Shown here: piece after piece, positions 38,505 through 49,023 of the stretch
How positions within the stretch are numbered: the first letter of the stretch is position 1
How the letters are laid out: every line of letters begins with the position of its first letter
The notes under the pieces: model-generated
Databases searched by the model: none
Seen by the model: only the letters and a program-made list of their open reading frames with translations
What the model was told of the DNA's origin: nothing
Position numbers and translations under genes: made by a program
Assembly: GCA_031458695.1 (NCBI GenBank)
Contig: JAVKJW010000002.1
Span: forward strand, 64,001-128,000
Direction of reading: 5' to 3'
Source: Candidatus Thermofontivivens primus
GTDB lineage: Bacteria; Sysuimicrobiota; Sysuimicrobiia; Sysuimicrobiales; Thermofontiviventaceae
DNA: 64,000 bases

Positions 38505-39395
38505 TCACCCCCTGAGAGCTCCTGCGAGGAGACCCCGGAGGAAATACCGGCCGAGGAGGATGTATACGAGGAGCGTGGGGAGCGCAGCAAGGAGAGCCCC
38601 TGCCATCTGCACGTTCCACTCGACGATCTGGCTCCCTGCCAGGTTCTGGAGGGCAACTGTGATGGGCTGTTGTGCGGGATTGCTGGTGATCGTTACGGCG
38701 AACAGGAACTCGTTCCAGATAGAGGTGAACTGCCAGATGACGACCACCACGAACGCGGGCGCAGAGAGCGGGAGAATGACGTGACGGTACACGCCGAAGA
38801 ACCCTGCCCCGTCCATACGCGCTGCTTCTACGAGGTCGTTGGGGATGGAGGCATAGTAGTTCCGGAAGATCAGGGTTGTGATCGGGATCCCGTAGACGAT
38901 GTGGACCAGCACGAGCCCCGTGATTGTCCCGTAGAGCTGAACAGGCAGATACTGGCCGGCCCAGCGGAGGAACTGGACAAGCGGGATCAGGATGCTCTGG
39001 TAAGGGATGAACATCCCAAAGAGCAACAACGGGAAGAGGACCTCTGATCCCCGAAACTTCCATTTTGCCAAGATATAGCCGTTGAGAGAGCCCAGGAACG
39101 AAGAGAAGAGCGTTGCTGGCACGACGAGGGAGACGCTGTTGAGGAAGTTGGGTGAGAGCTTGTCGAACGCTTTCTCGAAAGAGCGCAACGAGAGCGCAGA
39201 GGGGGGTGCCCACATCTTGCTGAGGCTGACCTCTTGGAAGGATTTGAGGCCGTTCACCACGAGGACATATACGGGCATTAGGTAAAAGAGGGCAAAAGCT
39301 ACCAGGACGATGTAGATCACAATGCGTCCCCAGCGGAGTCTCATTCGGTGTCCCCGCGCTACTCTCTGGACCGCTGGAGCTTCCAGGGATCTCAT
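38505..39395 (-). CDS. Carbohydrate ABC permease (MalG-like)
   Basis: EAARMDGA loop, WNEFLF, GLLAGA. Confidence 0.93.
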   Translation of the reverse strand: MRSLEAPAVQRVARGHRMRLRWGRIVIYIVLVAFALFYLMPVYVLVVNGLKSFQEVSLSKMWAPPSALSLRSFEKAFDKLSPNFLNSVSLVVPATLFSSFLGSLNGYILAKWKFRGSEVLFPLLLFGMFIPYQSILIPLVQFLRWAGQYLPVQLYGTITGLVLVHIVYGIPITTLIFRNYYASIPNDLVEAARMDGAGFFGVYRHVILPLSAPAFVVVVIWQFTSIWNEFLFAVTITSNPAQQPITVALQNLAGSQIVEWNVQMAGALLAALPTLLVYILLGRYFLRGLLAGALRG

Positions 39396-40273
39396 GGCCC
39401 CGCCTCCGTTCGCATCGTGTACCAGAGGTAGGGGACGATCAGGATGGCCACAAGCAGGAGCATGATCATGGAGATCGCTGCTCCCTCAGCGAACCGGTTC
39501 CCCCGGAATGTGGTCTCAAACATGAACACCCCTGGGACATCGGTGGAGAATGCCGGGCCGCTTCCCGTCATGGCATAGACCAAATCGAAGATCTTGAGGG
39601 AGATATGTCCCAGGACGATCACCGCGCTTAAGGTGACAGGGTGGAGAAGGGGGAGGATGACGTAGCGGTAGACCTGCCACTCGCTGGCTCCATCCACCCG
39701 TGCCGCCTCCAGGAGCTCATCCGGTACCCCTCTGAGGCCGGCGAGATACATCGCCATCGTGAACCCCGACATCTGCCAAACGGCAGCCAGGACCACCGAG
39801 AAGATCGCAATGGACGGATCCGTGTACCACCTGGACTTTAGGAAGCCCAGCCCAACCTGATCGAAGAGCAGGTTCACCCCTGTGCTGGGGTTGAGGAGCC
39901 ATTGCCAAGTTACTCCCGTGACAATGAAGGAAATGGCCATGGGGAACAGGAAGATGTTGCGGAACACCGCCTCCCCGCGCACGCGCTGGTCCAGGAGCAC
40001 GGCGAGGAGGAGCCCGATGCCCAGGCTTGCGGCAAGGAACGTGAACGTGAAGATGAGAGTGTTGCGCAGGTCCGCCTGGAAGCGGAATGAACGCATGAGC
40101 GCCAGATAGTTGGTCAACCCTGCGAAGGAGAGGTCGGGGACGAAGGTGTTCCAGTTGCTGAGGGAGACATATGCCGTCCAGCCGATGAACCCGTAAACGA
40201 AGATCCCCACCGCGACGAGGGAGGGGAGAAGAAGGGCGATGGCAATGAGGCGATCCAAGGAGATCCGCAGCAT
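39392..40273 (-). CDS. Carbohydrate ABC permease (MalF-like)
   Basis: [27 protein letters not shown]. Confidence 0.93.
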   Translation of the reverse strand: MLRISLDRLIAIALLLPSLVAVGIFVYGFIGWTAYVSLSNWNTFVPDLSFAGLTNYLALMRSFRFQADLRNTLIFTFTFLAASLGIGLLLAVLLDQRVRGEAVFRNIFLFPMAISFIVTGVTWQWLLNPSTGVNLLFDQVGLGFLKSRWYTDPSIAIFSVVLAAVWQMSGFTMAMYLAGLRGVPDELLEAARVDGASEWQVYRYVILPLLHPVTLSAVIVLGHISLKIFDLVYAMTGSGPAFSTDVPGVFMFETTFRGNRFAEGAAISMIMLLLVAILIVPYLWYTMRTEAGP

Positions 40274-40287
40274 GTGTCTACACACTG

Positions 40288-40317
40288 GGAGGGATGGGCG
40301 GACCCGCCCATCCCTCC
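40288..40317. other. Intercistronic hairpin between the binding-protein and permease genes
   Basis: GGAGGGATGGGCGG-AC-CCGCCCATCCCTCC perfect inverted repeat. Confidence 0.7.
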
Positions 40318-40368
40318 TTCACCAGCCTACAGATTCATCCCAGAGACCAGACCTTGTCGACCCCCAGC

Positions 40369-41634
40369 TCACTTGCACATTTTGGCCCGCACGCATGCCT
40401 CCTGCAGGGCCTTCTGCGCGGCACCCACGTCGCGGCGGGTTACGAAGACGTTCAGGATGTCGTTGAACTCAGTGGCGAAGGTCTCTGGCGCAGCCGAGCC
40501 ATGGACCTCGCTGGGCACAAGCTTGTCCCTGGCGAAGTCGGCCATGGAGGACTGCAAGTAGACGTCGAACTTCGCCTTGTCGCAATCTGTCCTGGCGCAG
40601 ATGGAACCCTTCTTCGGGTTGAAGGCCTCCTGCCCCTCCTTCGACCCCACGACGCGGAGCCAGTTCAACGCCTGCTCGCGGTGCGGTGCTTTCTTGGGAA
40701 GGCCGAATGTGTCGGTGACGATGACGAATGATCCTTTCGTGCCGGGTGCTGGCAGGAATCCATAGTCCACATTTGGTTTCCAACCCTTGGCAGTGAAGTA
40801 CCCAGCCACCCAGTCCCCCATCACGTTCATTGCTGCCTTGCCGTCGATGAGCATCTGAGCTGCCTGGTCCCACACGAGTGCCGCATGATCGCTATTCACA
40901 TACTGGAGGGCCTTGGCGAACGTCTCCAGGGCTCTCTTCACGCCGCTCCCCGTCCACGATGTCTTGCCGGTCCAGAGGCCATTGTATCCTTCGGGGCCGA
41001 GCGTCGCCAGGAGGATATCCTCGAACAGGTGGGCGGCCTCCCACTTAAGCTTGTCTCCAAGGGACAGCGGGGTGATGCCCTTCCCTTTCAGCGTCTCTGC
41101 CACCTTGAAGAAATCATCCCACGTTGCGGGGGGCTTAAGGTTGTTCTGGTCAAAGATCCGCTTGTTGTACCAGAGGACGTTCCCCCGATGGACGTTTGCG
41201 GGGATAGCGTAGACCTGTCCCTGGTAGCTGACCATCTCCACAAGATCCTTCGGGATGACCTTTAGCCACCCCTCGGTCTGGGCTAAGGAGGTGATGGGTT
41301 CCATGAACCCTGTCTTCACCCACGTCTCGATGAGCTCGGCGCCTCCGTGGACCTGGAAGGAGTCCGGCGGGTTTCCACCCTGCATTCGTGTTTTCAACAC
41401 GGCTTTGGCAGCAGCGCCGGCCCCGCCTGCGACGGCGGCGTTCATGATCTCGACGTCCGGGTATTTCTTCTTGTACACGGAGAACAACGCGTTGAGGCCT
41501 TCCGCCTCCCCACCGGCGGTCCACCACGAGAAGATCTCCAGCTGCTTGGCTGCCCCGGCCTGAAGAGCCTCCACGCCGGAAAGCCAGAGCAGGAGCGCGG
41601 TAACCAGCAAGGGAATGCAGATTCTCCTCGACAT
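40369..41634 (-). CDS. Sugar ABC substrate-binding protein (glucose/mannose-binding type)
   Basis: Signal peptide; SWWTAGGE, GG.PPDSFQVH, N.HRGN, MGDW, FN.KKGSI. Confidence 0.9.
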   Translation of the reverse strand: MSRRICIPLLVTALLLWLSGVEALQAGAAKQLEIFSWWTAGGEAEGLNALFSVYKKKYPDVEIMNAAVAGGAGAAAKAVLKTRMQGGNPPDSFQVHGGAELIETWVKTGFMEPITSLAQTEGWLKVIPKDLVEMVSYQGQVYAIPANVHRGNVLWYNKRIFDQNNLKPPATWDDFFKVAETLKGKGITPLSLGDKLKWEAAHLFEDILLATLGPEGYNGLWTGKTSWTGSGVKRALETFAKALQYVNSDHAALVWDQAAQMLIDGKAAMNVMGDWVAGYFTAKGWKPNVDYGFLPAPGTKGSFVIVTDTFGLPKKAPHREQALNWLRVVGSKEGQEAFNPKKGSICARTDCDKAKFDVYLQSSMADFARDKLVPSEVHGSAAPETFATEFNDILNVFVTRRDVGAAQKALQEACVRAKMCK

Positions 41635-41837
41635 GTTCTCTCCCCCTTTCCCCGCCCCTTCACCTATGGCGGGGGCAATGCTCACTTCCACAGGGAGAGA
41701 GATCTTCCCTTCTCTGAGGCAGGGAAGGCTAGGAATGGTTCAGGTCGCCCCCCGGCGAATTCGGATTCTTGAAGGGCCTCGCGAGAACCCGGTCGGGGCA
41801 ATTATGGTAAATTATGGACCGCCTGGAGGGATCCAAG

Positions 41838-43493
41838 ATGAGGATGGGATCGTTCCGGGAGCTGGCTGAAGTCATGGAGGCGATTGCCTCGACGGCGAGC
41901 AAGCTAGAGAAAATCGCCCTCCTTGGCGAGTACTTGAACACCCTTGAGGATGCGGACCTTGAGGTAGCCTGTACATACCTCACTGGATCCCCTTTCCCCG
42001 CAGGAGACCCCAGGAAGCTCAACATAGGGTGGTCTGCGCTTGTTGACTTGATCTTGGAGATCTCCGGGGCATCGCTTCAGACTCTGGACGCCCTCTATCT
42101 CAAGCATGGGGATCTGGGGAAGGTTGCAGAGGAGCTTCTCTCAAGGAAGGTCATGCTCTCCCTCTTTCCTGCTCCCTCTCCTCCCTTGACCATCCAGGGA
42201 GTCCGGGAGGCATTTGAGACGATTGCAGCGTTGAGCGGCCCCCGGTCCCGACAGCACAAGATGGAGATCCTGCGCCGCCTTCTCCTCGATGCCACCCCTC
42301 TGGAGGCGAAGTACCTGGTGAAGATCATCACTTCCGACCTGCGGATCGGGTTGCGGGAGGGTTTGCTGGAAGAGGCCATTGCGCGGACCTGGTCTGTTTC
42401 CCTAGAAGAAGTGCGTAGGGCCAACATGCTCCTGAGCCACGTGGGGCTTGTTGCAGTGATGGCCCGGAGAGGTCAGATCCACACGGCCAGTCTCATGTTA
42501 TTCAGACCCCTGAGGTTCATGCTCGCTGAGACGATCTTTAGCGCAGAGGAGGCCTTTCAAGATCAAGCCGGCGCTCTTCTCGTTGAGGAGAAATATGATG
42601 GGATCCGGGTGCAGGTCCATAAGGAGGGGGACCGGTTGGCCATCTACAGCCGCACCCTGGACGACATCACGGCGTCCTTTCCTGAACTCCACGCAAACCT
42701 GCTCTCCCTGGCTAGCTGCTACATCCTGGACGGCGAGATCGTTGCCTGGCGCGACGGCCCGTTGCCCTTCTACCTTCTCCAGCAACGGCTGAGACGTGAA
42801 GACCCGGCTACCCTCCTCCAGGAGATCCCTGTGGTCCTGTTTGCTTTTGACCTCCTCCACTTGGACGGGCAGGACCTCCTCTCCCTCCCTCTTGAGGCCC
42901 GGCGGAAGGCCCTCGAAAGGCTCAACTTCCGTGCTCCCGTCTACCTCTCTAGGGCAATCATCGCTACGACCCCACAGGAAGTGACGCGGGCATTCCGTGA
43001 AGCCAGGGAGAAAGGGAATGAGGGGGTTATGGTGAAGCGCCTTGATGCTCCCTATACCCCAGGCAAGCGCGGGCGGCTGTGGATGAAGTGGAAGGAGGAG
43101 CTAGCAACTCTGGATGTGGTCGTTGTGGCGGTTGAACATGGACACGGGAAGAGGGCGAATGTCCTCTCGGACTATACCTTTGCTATCCGGGAAGGCGAGC
43201 ACCTGCGCACCATCGGGAAGGCTTACTCGGGCCTTACAGATGAAGAGATTGAGCGCCTCACCGAATGGTTTCGCGCCCATACCATCCGGGACCTTGGCCG
43301 GGTCAAGCTGGTCGAGCCCAAGATCGTTCTCGAAGTAGCCTTCGACGCCATCCAGCGGAGCGATCGCCACGACTCAGGTTTTGCCCTCCGTTTCCCCAGG
43401 ATCAAGCGGATCCGCGAAGACAAATCCCCCGAAGAGATTTCCACCGTGGAGGACGTACGGCGCATCTACGAGCACCAGAGAATCAAACCTTAG
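41838..43493 (+). CDS. ATP-dependent DNA ligase
   Basis: N-terminal DNA-binding domain; EEKYDG.R, LDGEIV, FDLL, EGVMVK, W.KWK, LRFPR..RIR.DK. Confidence 0.95.
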   Translation: MRMGSFRELAEVMEAIASTASKLEKIALLGEYLNTLEDADLEVACTYLTGSPFPAGDPRKLNIGWSALVDLILEISGASLQTLDALYLKHGDLGKVAEELLSRKVMLSLFPAPSPPLTIQGVREAFETIAALSGPRSRQHKMEILRRLLLDATPLEAKYLVKIITSDLRIGLREGLLEEAIARTWSVSLEEVRRANMLLSHVGLVAVMARRGQIHTASLMLFRPLRFMLAETIFSAEEAFQDQAGALLVEEKYDGIRVQVHKEGDRLAIYSRTLDDITASFPELHANLLSLASCYILDGEIVAWRDGPLPFYLLQQRLRREDPATLLQEIPVVLFAFDLLHLDGQDLLSLPLEARRKALERLNFRAPVYLSRAIIATTPQEVTRAFREAREKGNEGVMVKRLDAPYTPGKRGRLWMKWKEELATLDVVVVAVEHGHGKRANVLSDYTFAIREGEHLRTIGKAYSGLTDEEIERLTEWFRAHTIRDLGRVKLVEPKIVLEVAFDAIQRSDRHDSGFALRFPRIKRIREDKSPEEISTVEDVRRIYEHQRIKP

Positions 43494-43658
43494 TAACGGG
43501 CCCCTGTACGTCTCTTCTGGAAAAAGATCGAAAGGGCTCTAGCTCCCTCTCCAGCACTCCCTGCTGCGTATGACCCAGGCGCGCATACCTTACATACCGC
43601 CCAGCCGGATCGTGGAGCTTTTGAGATCCGTTTGCAAATTTTTTAAAACAAAAAGGTA

Positions 43659-43820
43659 TTGACAGGATGCGAGATGTGTGATAAGAGAAAATACCAAGAG
43701 ACGCAATGGCCGTGATGCCAGCCGGAGAATCCGGCTGGCGTTCGTGTTTTCGGTGGCCGAAGAGGGCCACGTGGGCCTTGATGCCCTCGGCGATGATGCA
43801 TCGCCGGGGGCATTTGATTT
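43659..43820 (+). promoter_or_regulatory. amtB promoter and ANTAR-type antitermination leader with two terminators
   Basis: TTGACA at 43659; hexaloop hairpins TGGC-CGTGAT-GCCA, GTGGCC-GAAGAG-GGCCAC and GGGC-CTTGAT-GCCC; terminators at 43717-43750 and 43782-43820. Confidence 0.75.
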
Positions 43821-43845
43821 CTGGACCAGAAGGGAGGAGGAGGGT

Positions 43846-45237
43846 ATGCGATTTTTCTTGGTTGGGGCTGTCATCCTGAGCGTCCTGATGGTCCCCGTGT
43901 TGAGCTGGGCGGCTGACCCTACTGGATCGGAGACCATCAAGACGGCGCCTGAGGCGGCGGTCAATTTCGCCTGGACACTGATCGCCGCATTCTTGGTGTT
44001 CTTCATGCAGGCAGGCTTCGCCATGGTGGAGGCTGGCTTCGCGCGCGCAAAGAACACCGTCAACATCCTCACTAAGAACTTCATGGACTTCTGCATGGGC
44101 GGTCTTGCCTTCTGGGCCTTTGGATTTGCTCTCATGTTCGGAGGATCCAAGCTCGCCTCCGGGCTGGACTTTGGGAACCCGTGGATCGGTTTCTCGGGTT
44201 TCTTCCTCTCTGGCGATAGCTACGACGTGACCACCATCGAGCTCTGGCTATTCCAGATGGTCTTCGCGGCCACGGCGGCCACGATTGTCTCTGGAGCCAT
44301 GGCGGAGCGAACAAAGATTACCGCCTATCTCGCCTACAGCTTTCTCGTCTCTGCCATCATTTACCCTATCTATGGCCATTGGGTCTGGGGAGGAGGCTGG
44401 CTTTCCGCACTCCCTTTTGGGGTTGGCGCAAGGGACTTTGCAGGATCCGGGGTCGTGCATGCAGTCGGAGGGCTGGTCGCCCTTGCCGGAGCGGCGATGG
44501 TCGGACCTCGCTTGGGTAAGTATAACGCCGACGGAACCCCCAACGTGATCCCTGGCCACAACCTTGCGTATGTGGTACTTGGCACGTTCATTCTTTTCTT
44601 CGGGTGGTTTGGGTTTAACCCGGGCAGCACACTTGCAGCGACCGACCTCCGCATCAGCGTGATCGCCGCAAACACGTTTTTAGCTGGGATTGCAGGCGCA
44701 GTCGTCGCCCTGTACGCATCCCTGATCAAGACGGGGAAGGCGGATGTGACGCAGGCCTGCAACGGCGCCCTTGCTGGGTTGGTAGGTATTACCGCTCCAT
44801 GCGCTTACGTCGCGCCTTGGGCAGCAGTCGTCGTTGGTGGCGTGGCTGCACTGGTCATGTTGTGGAGCCTTGGGTTCGTGGAACGCACCCTGCACGTGGA
44901 TGACCCGGTGGGGGCGATCTCGGTTCACGCTGCGGCGGGTTTGTGGGGACTGCTGGCCGTCGGCATCTTCGCCGATGGGACTTACGGTGGCGTCAAGGGC
45001 CTCATCGTGGGAGAGGTTGGGCAACTGATCGCCCAACTCATCTCCGTAGTTGTCGTTACCGCCTGGTCACTTGCCACCGGGTTCCTCATGTTCTGGATCC
45101 TCAAACGGGCCATGGGGTTGAGAGCTTCACGGGAGGAGGAGATCGGTGGGCTAGACCTCACAGAACATGGGCTGGAGGCGTACCCCGCGCAGCTCGTGTC
45201 TTTCGCGAGTGTTGCCGGCGGGCAGGAACTCTCATAA
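43846..45237 (+). CDS. amtB: Ammonium transporter
   Basis: FMQAGF, FQMVFA, AER, DFAGSGVVH, GWFGFN, DDPVGA..VH (twin His). Confidence 0.97.
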   Translation: MRFFLVGAVILSVLMVPVLSWAADPTGSETIKTAPEAAVNFAWTLIAAFLVFFMQAGFAMVEAGFARAKNTVNILTKNFMDFCMGGLAFWAFGFALMFGGSKLASGLDFGNPWIGFSGFFLSGDSYDVTTIELWLFQMVFAATAATIVSGAMAERTKITAYLAYSFLVSAIIYPIYGHWVWGGGWLSALPFGVGARDFAGSGVVHAVGGLVALAGAAMVGPRLGKYNADGTPNVIPGHNLAYVVLGTFILFFGWFGFNPGSTLAATDLRISVIAANTFLAGIAGAVVALYASLIKTGKADVTQACNGALAGLVGITAPCAYVAPWAAVVVGGVAALVMLWSLGFVERTLHVDDPVGAISVHAAAGLWGLLAVGIFADGTYGGVKGLIVGEVGQLIAQLISVVVVTAWSLATGFLMFWILKRAMGLRASREEEIGGLDLTEHGLEAYPAQLVSFASVAGGQELS

Positions 45238-45255
45238 CCAAGGGAGGTGAATGAA

Positions 45256-45369
45256 GTGCCAGTGGAAGCGATCTATGGGATCGTAGGGTTTGGCATCCTC
45301 TTCATCATGTGGGTGGTGCTCCCGCGCCGTCTCACGCAGAGGTCGGAATCGCTCAGGGAGAGAGAATAA
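45256..45369 (+). CDS. 37-aa single-TM microprotein (not in the ORF track)
   Basis: AGGGAGGTGA RBS; GTG start; MPVEAIYGIVGFGILFIMWVVLPRRLTQRSESLRERE. Confidence 0.75.
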   Translation: MPVEAIYGIVGFGILFIMWVVLPRRLTQRSESLRERE

Positions 45370-45408
45370 GCCCGTACCGATGTGCGGCAGAAAGGAGGTC
45401 ACAGGGAT

Positions 45409-46848
45409 ATGAAACCACGAACGCCGAAAGAAGTACTGGCCTTTGCCAAGGAGCGAGGGGTGCAGGTCGTTGACCTACGCTTTACCGATCTCCCAGGGAT
45501 GTGGCAGCATGCTTCGATTCCCGCCTCGCAGCTTGATGAGGCCGTCTTCTCAAAGGGGGTTGGCTTCGACGGGAGCAGCATCCGAGGGTTCCAGGCGATC
45601 CACGAGAGCGATATGCTGTTGATCCCTGATCCCAACACCGCTTTCATCGATCCCTTCCTTGAGGTGACCACCCTCGTTCTGATCTGCAACGTCCACGACC
45701 CCGAGACCCGGCTTCCCTACTCCCGGGACCCACGCTACGTGGCGCAAAAAGCGGAGGAATACCTGAAGATAACGGGGGTAGCTGATACCAGCTTCTGGGG
45801 GCCAGAGATCGAGTTCTTCCTCTTCGACCATGTCTCCTATGAAGTGGAGACGCACCGCATGGGATATGCCATCGATTCCAGGGAAGGGGTGTGGAACACG
45901 GGCAACAACAACGGCCGGAATCTTGGGTACCAGATCCGGCCGAAGGAAGGATATTTCCCTGCCCCGCCCTCCGATACTTTCCAGGACATCCGCAGCGAGG
46001 CGGTGCTGATCCTGGAGCAGATTGGGATTCCTGTGGAGATGCACCACCACGAGGTTGCTACGGCAGGGCAGGCGGAGGTCGACATGGAGCGTGACACCCT
46101 CGTGCGGATGGCCGACAAGGTCATGATCTACAAATATGTGATGAAGAACGTGGCGCGCCGCCACGGGCTCACTGTTACCTTCATGCCCAAGCCGCTTTTC
46201 GGGGACAATGGCAACGGGATGCACACCCACCAAAGTCTGTGGCAAAACGGCGACAACCTCTTCTACGACGAGAGGGGGTACGCGGAGCTGAGCGAGACCG
46301 CGCTCTCCTATATCGCCGGCCTGCTCACCCATGTGGACGCACTCCTCGCGTTGACCAGCCCAACGACCAACTCTTACAAGCGCCTCGTCCCTCACTACGA
46401 GGCGCCGGTGAACATTGCCTTTTCCAAGCGGAACCGCAGTGCCTGTGTTCGGATCCCCATGTACTACAACGGCCCGGAGAGTGCGGCCAGCAAGCGCATC
46501 GAATTCCGCCCTCCAGATCCCAGTTGCAACCCCTACTTGGCATTCGCTGCCATGCTCATGGCAGGGCTCGATGGGATCCAGCGGAAGCTGGACGCTTCAC
46601 CGTTCGGTCCGCTGGACGTCAACACCTACGAGCTTCCACCGGAAGAGGCCGCTCTCGTGCGGAGCGTGCCCGGTTCGCTCGGTGCAGTCCTGGATGCGTT
46701 AGAGGCGGATCAGAAGTTCCTGCGGGAAGGAGAGGTCTTCACGGAAGACCTGCTCCGGGCCTGGATCGATTACAAACGAACCAAGGAGCTGCAGGAGGTG
46801 AGCATCCGCCCTCACCCTTATGAATTCTACCTTTACTACGACATTTGA
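45409..46848 (+). CDS. glnA: Glutamine synthetase type I
   Basis: FDGSSI.GF, GPE.EFF, HHEVA, FMPKP, G.GMH.H.SL, NSYKRL, RIEFR.PD; Tyr kept in the NTYEL adenylylation-site region. Confidence 0.97.
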   Translation: MKPRTPKEVLAFAKERGVQVVDLRFTDLPGMWQHASIPASQLDEAVFSKGVGFDGSSIRGFQAIHESDMLLIPDPNTAFIDPFLEVTTLVLICNVHDPETRLPYSRDPRYVAQKAEEYLKITGVADTSFWGPEIEFFLFDHVSYEVETHRMGYAIDSREGVWNTGNNNGRNLGYQIRPKEGYFPAPPSDTFQDIRSEAVLILEQIGIPVEMHHHEVATAGQAEVDMERDTLVRMADKVMIYKYVMKNVARRHGLTVTFMPKPLFGDNGNGMHTHQSLWQNGDNLFYDERGYAELSETALSYIAGLLTHVDALLALTSPTTNSYKRLVPHYEAPVNIAFSKRNRSACVRIPMYYNGPESAASKRIEFRPPDPSCNPYLAFAAMLMAGLDGIQRKLDASPFGPLDVNTYELPPEEAALVRSVPGSLGAVLDALEADQKFLREGEVFTEDLLRAWIDYKRTKELQEVSIRPHPYEFYLYYDI

Positions 46849-46871
46849 GTCGAGGGGAGGCGTAGTGAAAC

Positions 46872-47420
46872 GTGTCAGGCCGCGTGGTGATTGCAGACGA
46901 CGAAACAGTCATCAGGTTGGGTGTGCGGACCATCCTCGAGGAGGCAGGGTACACTGTTGTGGGGGAAGCCTCCGCCGGCGGCCAGGTCCTGGGCCTTGTG
47001 GAAGAGTTGAACCCAGACGTGGTGGTTTTGGACATCAAGATGCCCGACATAAACGGGATCGAGGTCGCTCGACGCTTGCATCACCAGCACCCGGTCCCAG
47101 TGGTCTTCCTGACCGCTTTTGGAGATCAAGAGCTGATCCGTTTGGCCAAGGAAGCTGGTGGGTTTGCCTACGTGGTCAAGCCGATCCAGGGGGCAGAGAT
47201 CGTTGCTGCCGTGGAGTTGGCCCGGGCGCGATGGCAAGACCTCCAGAGCCTCCGCGAGACGCTGGAAACCCGCAAGCTCGTGGAACGAGCAAAGGGGATC
47301 CTGATGCGAAAACTTGGGATCGGTGAAGAGGATGCATACCGGTTGCTGCACCGCTTCAGCCGTTCCCAGCGCAAACCGCTCCGCAAAGTTGCAGAGGCGG
47401 TGATCGCAAAGGAGGGATAG
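46872..47420 (+). CDS. Response regulator with ANTAR RNA-binding domain
   Basis: IADDE, LDIKMP, LTA, KP receiver; RKLVERAKGILM...EEDAY..L ANTAR. Confidence 0.95.
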   Translation: MSGRVVIADDETVIRLGVRTILEEAGYTVVGEASAGGQVLGLVEELNPDVVVLDIKMPDINGIEVARRLHHQHPVPVVFLTAFGDQELIRLAKEAGGFAYVVKPIQGAEIVAAVELARARWQDLQSLRETLETRKLVERAKGILMRKLGIGEEDAYRLLHRFSRSQRKPLRKVAEAVIAKEG

Positions 47421-47631
47421 CACCCTCTCTGGGGACACGGATTGTCATCTTCCTCCCCAAGGTCCCCCCTGCCCTCAGGACCACGAACCGCCTTCCCTTT
47501 TCCTCCTTTCTCCTCGTTCTTCCCGTCACCGCGGGAGAGGGGGTCTTCCCCCTTTTCGCCCCAAACCACGAGAGCCTCCTCTCCCTCCCGACCCACAATC
47601 GAGGAATGGCCCAAGGGATGTAGAAGAATAA

Positions 47632-48993
47632 ATGAGGGATGTCTTTGTGATGAGAAGAGGAAGAACGTTCGTGCAAAGGTTGTGGCTCCTGTGGGCGATT
47701 CTGTGGGTGGGTATATTCGCGTTTGCCCAGGATTCCCAACCGGTGGTCTATCTCATCAAAGTGGACGGCGTGATCGGCCCCTCAACCGCGCATTACATCA
47801 GCCGTGCCATTGGGGAAGCTGACCGCAATGGTGCCACCGCCCTGGTGATCCAGCTCGATACTCCAGGGGGCCTGATGAAATCCACAGACGACATCACCCG
47901 GGCGATGCTGGCCAGCCCGGTTCCAATCGTGGTGTATGTTTCTCCTAGCGGGGCGAGGGCTGGGTCGGCCGGGGTCTGGATTACTTACGCCGCCAACATC
48001 GCTGCTATGGCTCCGGCAACCCACATCGGGGCGGCCTCCCCTGTAGGGCTTGGGGGGCAGGCGCCAGACGAGACTCTCAAACGGAAGATCACCGAGGATG
48101 CCGTGGCTAACCTCCGCGCCTTGGCAAATAAACGCGGGCGCAACGCCGAGTGGGCGGAGAAGGCCGTACGGGAGGCAGCGAGCATTACCGAACAGGAAGC
48201 CCTTCGCCTCCGCGTCGTGGACCTCATCGCCCAGGACCTGCGTGACCTTCTGCGGAAGATCGACGGGAGAGCAGTGGAGACAGCGAGCGGCAAAGTGATC
48301 CTGCGTACGGCCAACGCCAGGGTCGTGGAGATCTCCCCGGATGTGCGGGAGAAGTTCCTGGACCTCCTCAGCGATCCCAATGTCGGCTTCGTTCTCATGA
48401 CCATCGCCATCTACGGGATCATCTTCGAGCTCTCCAACCCTGGAGCGATCTTCCCTGGGGTCATTGGGGGGATCGCCCTCATCCTGGCTCTGGCCTCCTT
48501 TGCTATCCTCAAGGTGAACGTGGCGGGCCTTCTGCTTATTGGCTTTGCTCTGTTGCTCTTCCTTCTCGACCTCTTCCTCCCCAGCCACGGGATCCTCACG
48601 GCGGGTGGGATCGCCTCCTTCATCTTCGGGGCCATCCTGCTGACAGAGCGCCAGGCGCCCTACCTGCAGATCTCCCTCCAGCTCATCATCGCCGTCGCAC
48701 TGCTCACAGCGGCTTTCTTCTTGTTCGCCGTAGGTGCGGGCCTGCGGGCCCAGCGACGGGTGATCCGGACAGGGAGGGAAGGCCTCATCGGGGCCACGGG
48801 GGTGGCCCGGACGGAGATTAACCCGGAGGGGACGGTCTTCCTCCAGGGCGAGCTGTGGAGCGCGATGTCCGATGGCGAACCGATCCCAAATGGAGCGCGC
48901 GTCCAGGTAGTTGGGGTGGAAGGTCTCCGCCTTAGGGTGAGGCGGGTCGAGGAGCATCCACCTGGAACAGCGGCAAAGCCTCCCCATTCGTAG
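47632..48993 (+). CDS. nfeD: NfeD long-form membrane serine protease
   Basis: LDTPGG, A.SAG, MAP.T.IGAA, TM region, C-terminal GE.W.A OB fold. Confidence 0.93.
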   Translation: MRDVFVMRRGRTFVQRLWLLWAILWVGIFAFAQDSQPVVYLIKVDGVIGPSTAHYISRAIGEADRNGATALVIQLDTPGGLMKSTDDITRAMLASPVPIVVYVSPSGARAGSAGVWITYAANIAAMAPATHIGAASPVGLGGQAPDETLKRKITEDAVANLRALANKRGRNAEWAEKAVREAASITEQEALRLRVVDLIAQDLRDLLRKIDGRAVETASGKVILRTANARVVEISPDVREKFLDLLSDPNVGFVLMTIAIYGIIFELSNPGAIFPGVIGGIALILALASFAILKVNVAGLLLIGFALLLFLLDLFLPSHGILTAGGIASFIFGAILLTERQAPYLQISLQLIIAVALLTAAFFLFAVGAGLRAQRRVIRTGREGLIGATGVARTEINPEGTVFLQGELWSAMSDGEPIPNGARVQVVGVEGLRLRVRRVEEHPPGTAAKPPHS

Positions 48994-49023
48994 GGGGTTC
49001 GAGCGCAGGGAGGTGGGTTGAAG

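Noticed and set aside
31938..41634. Integrated mobile island (minus-strand block)
   Set aside because: No integrase, transposase, tRNA or flanking direct repeats seen
47421..47631. Pyrimidine-rich spacer as a gene or ncRNA
   Set aside because: Low complexity with only a weak hairpin; ORFs here are compositional artefacts
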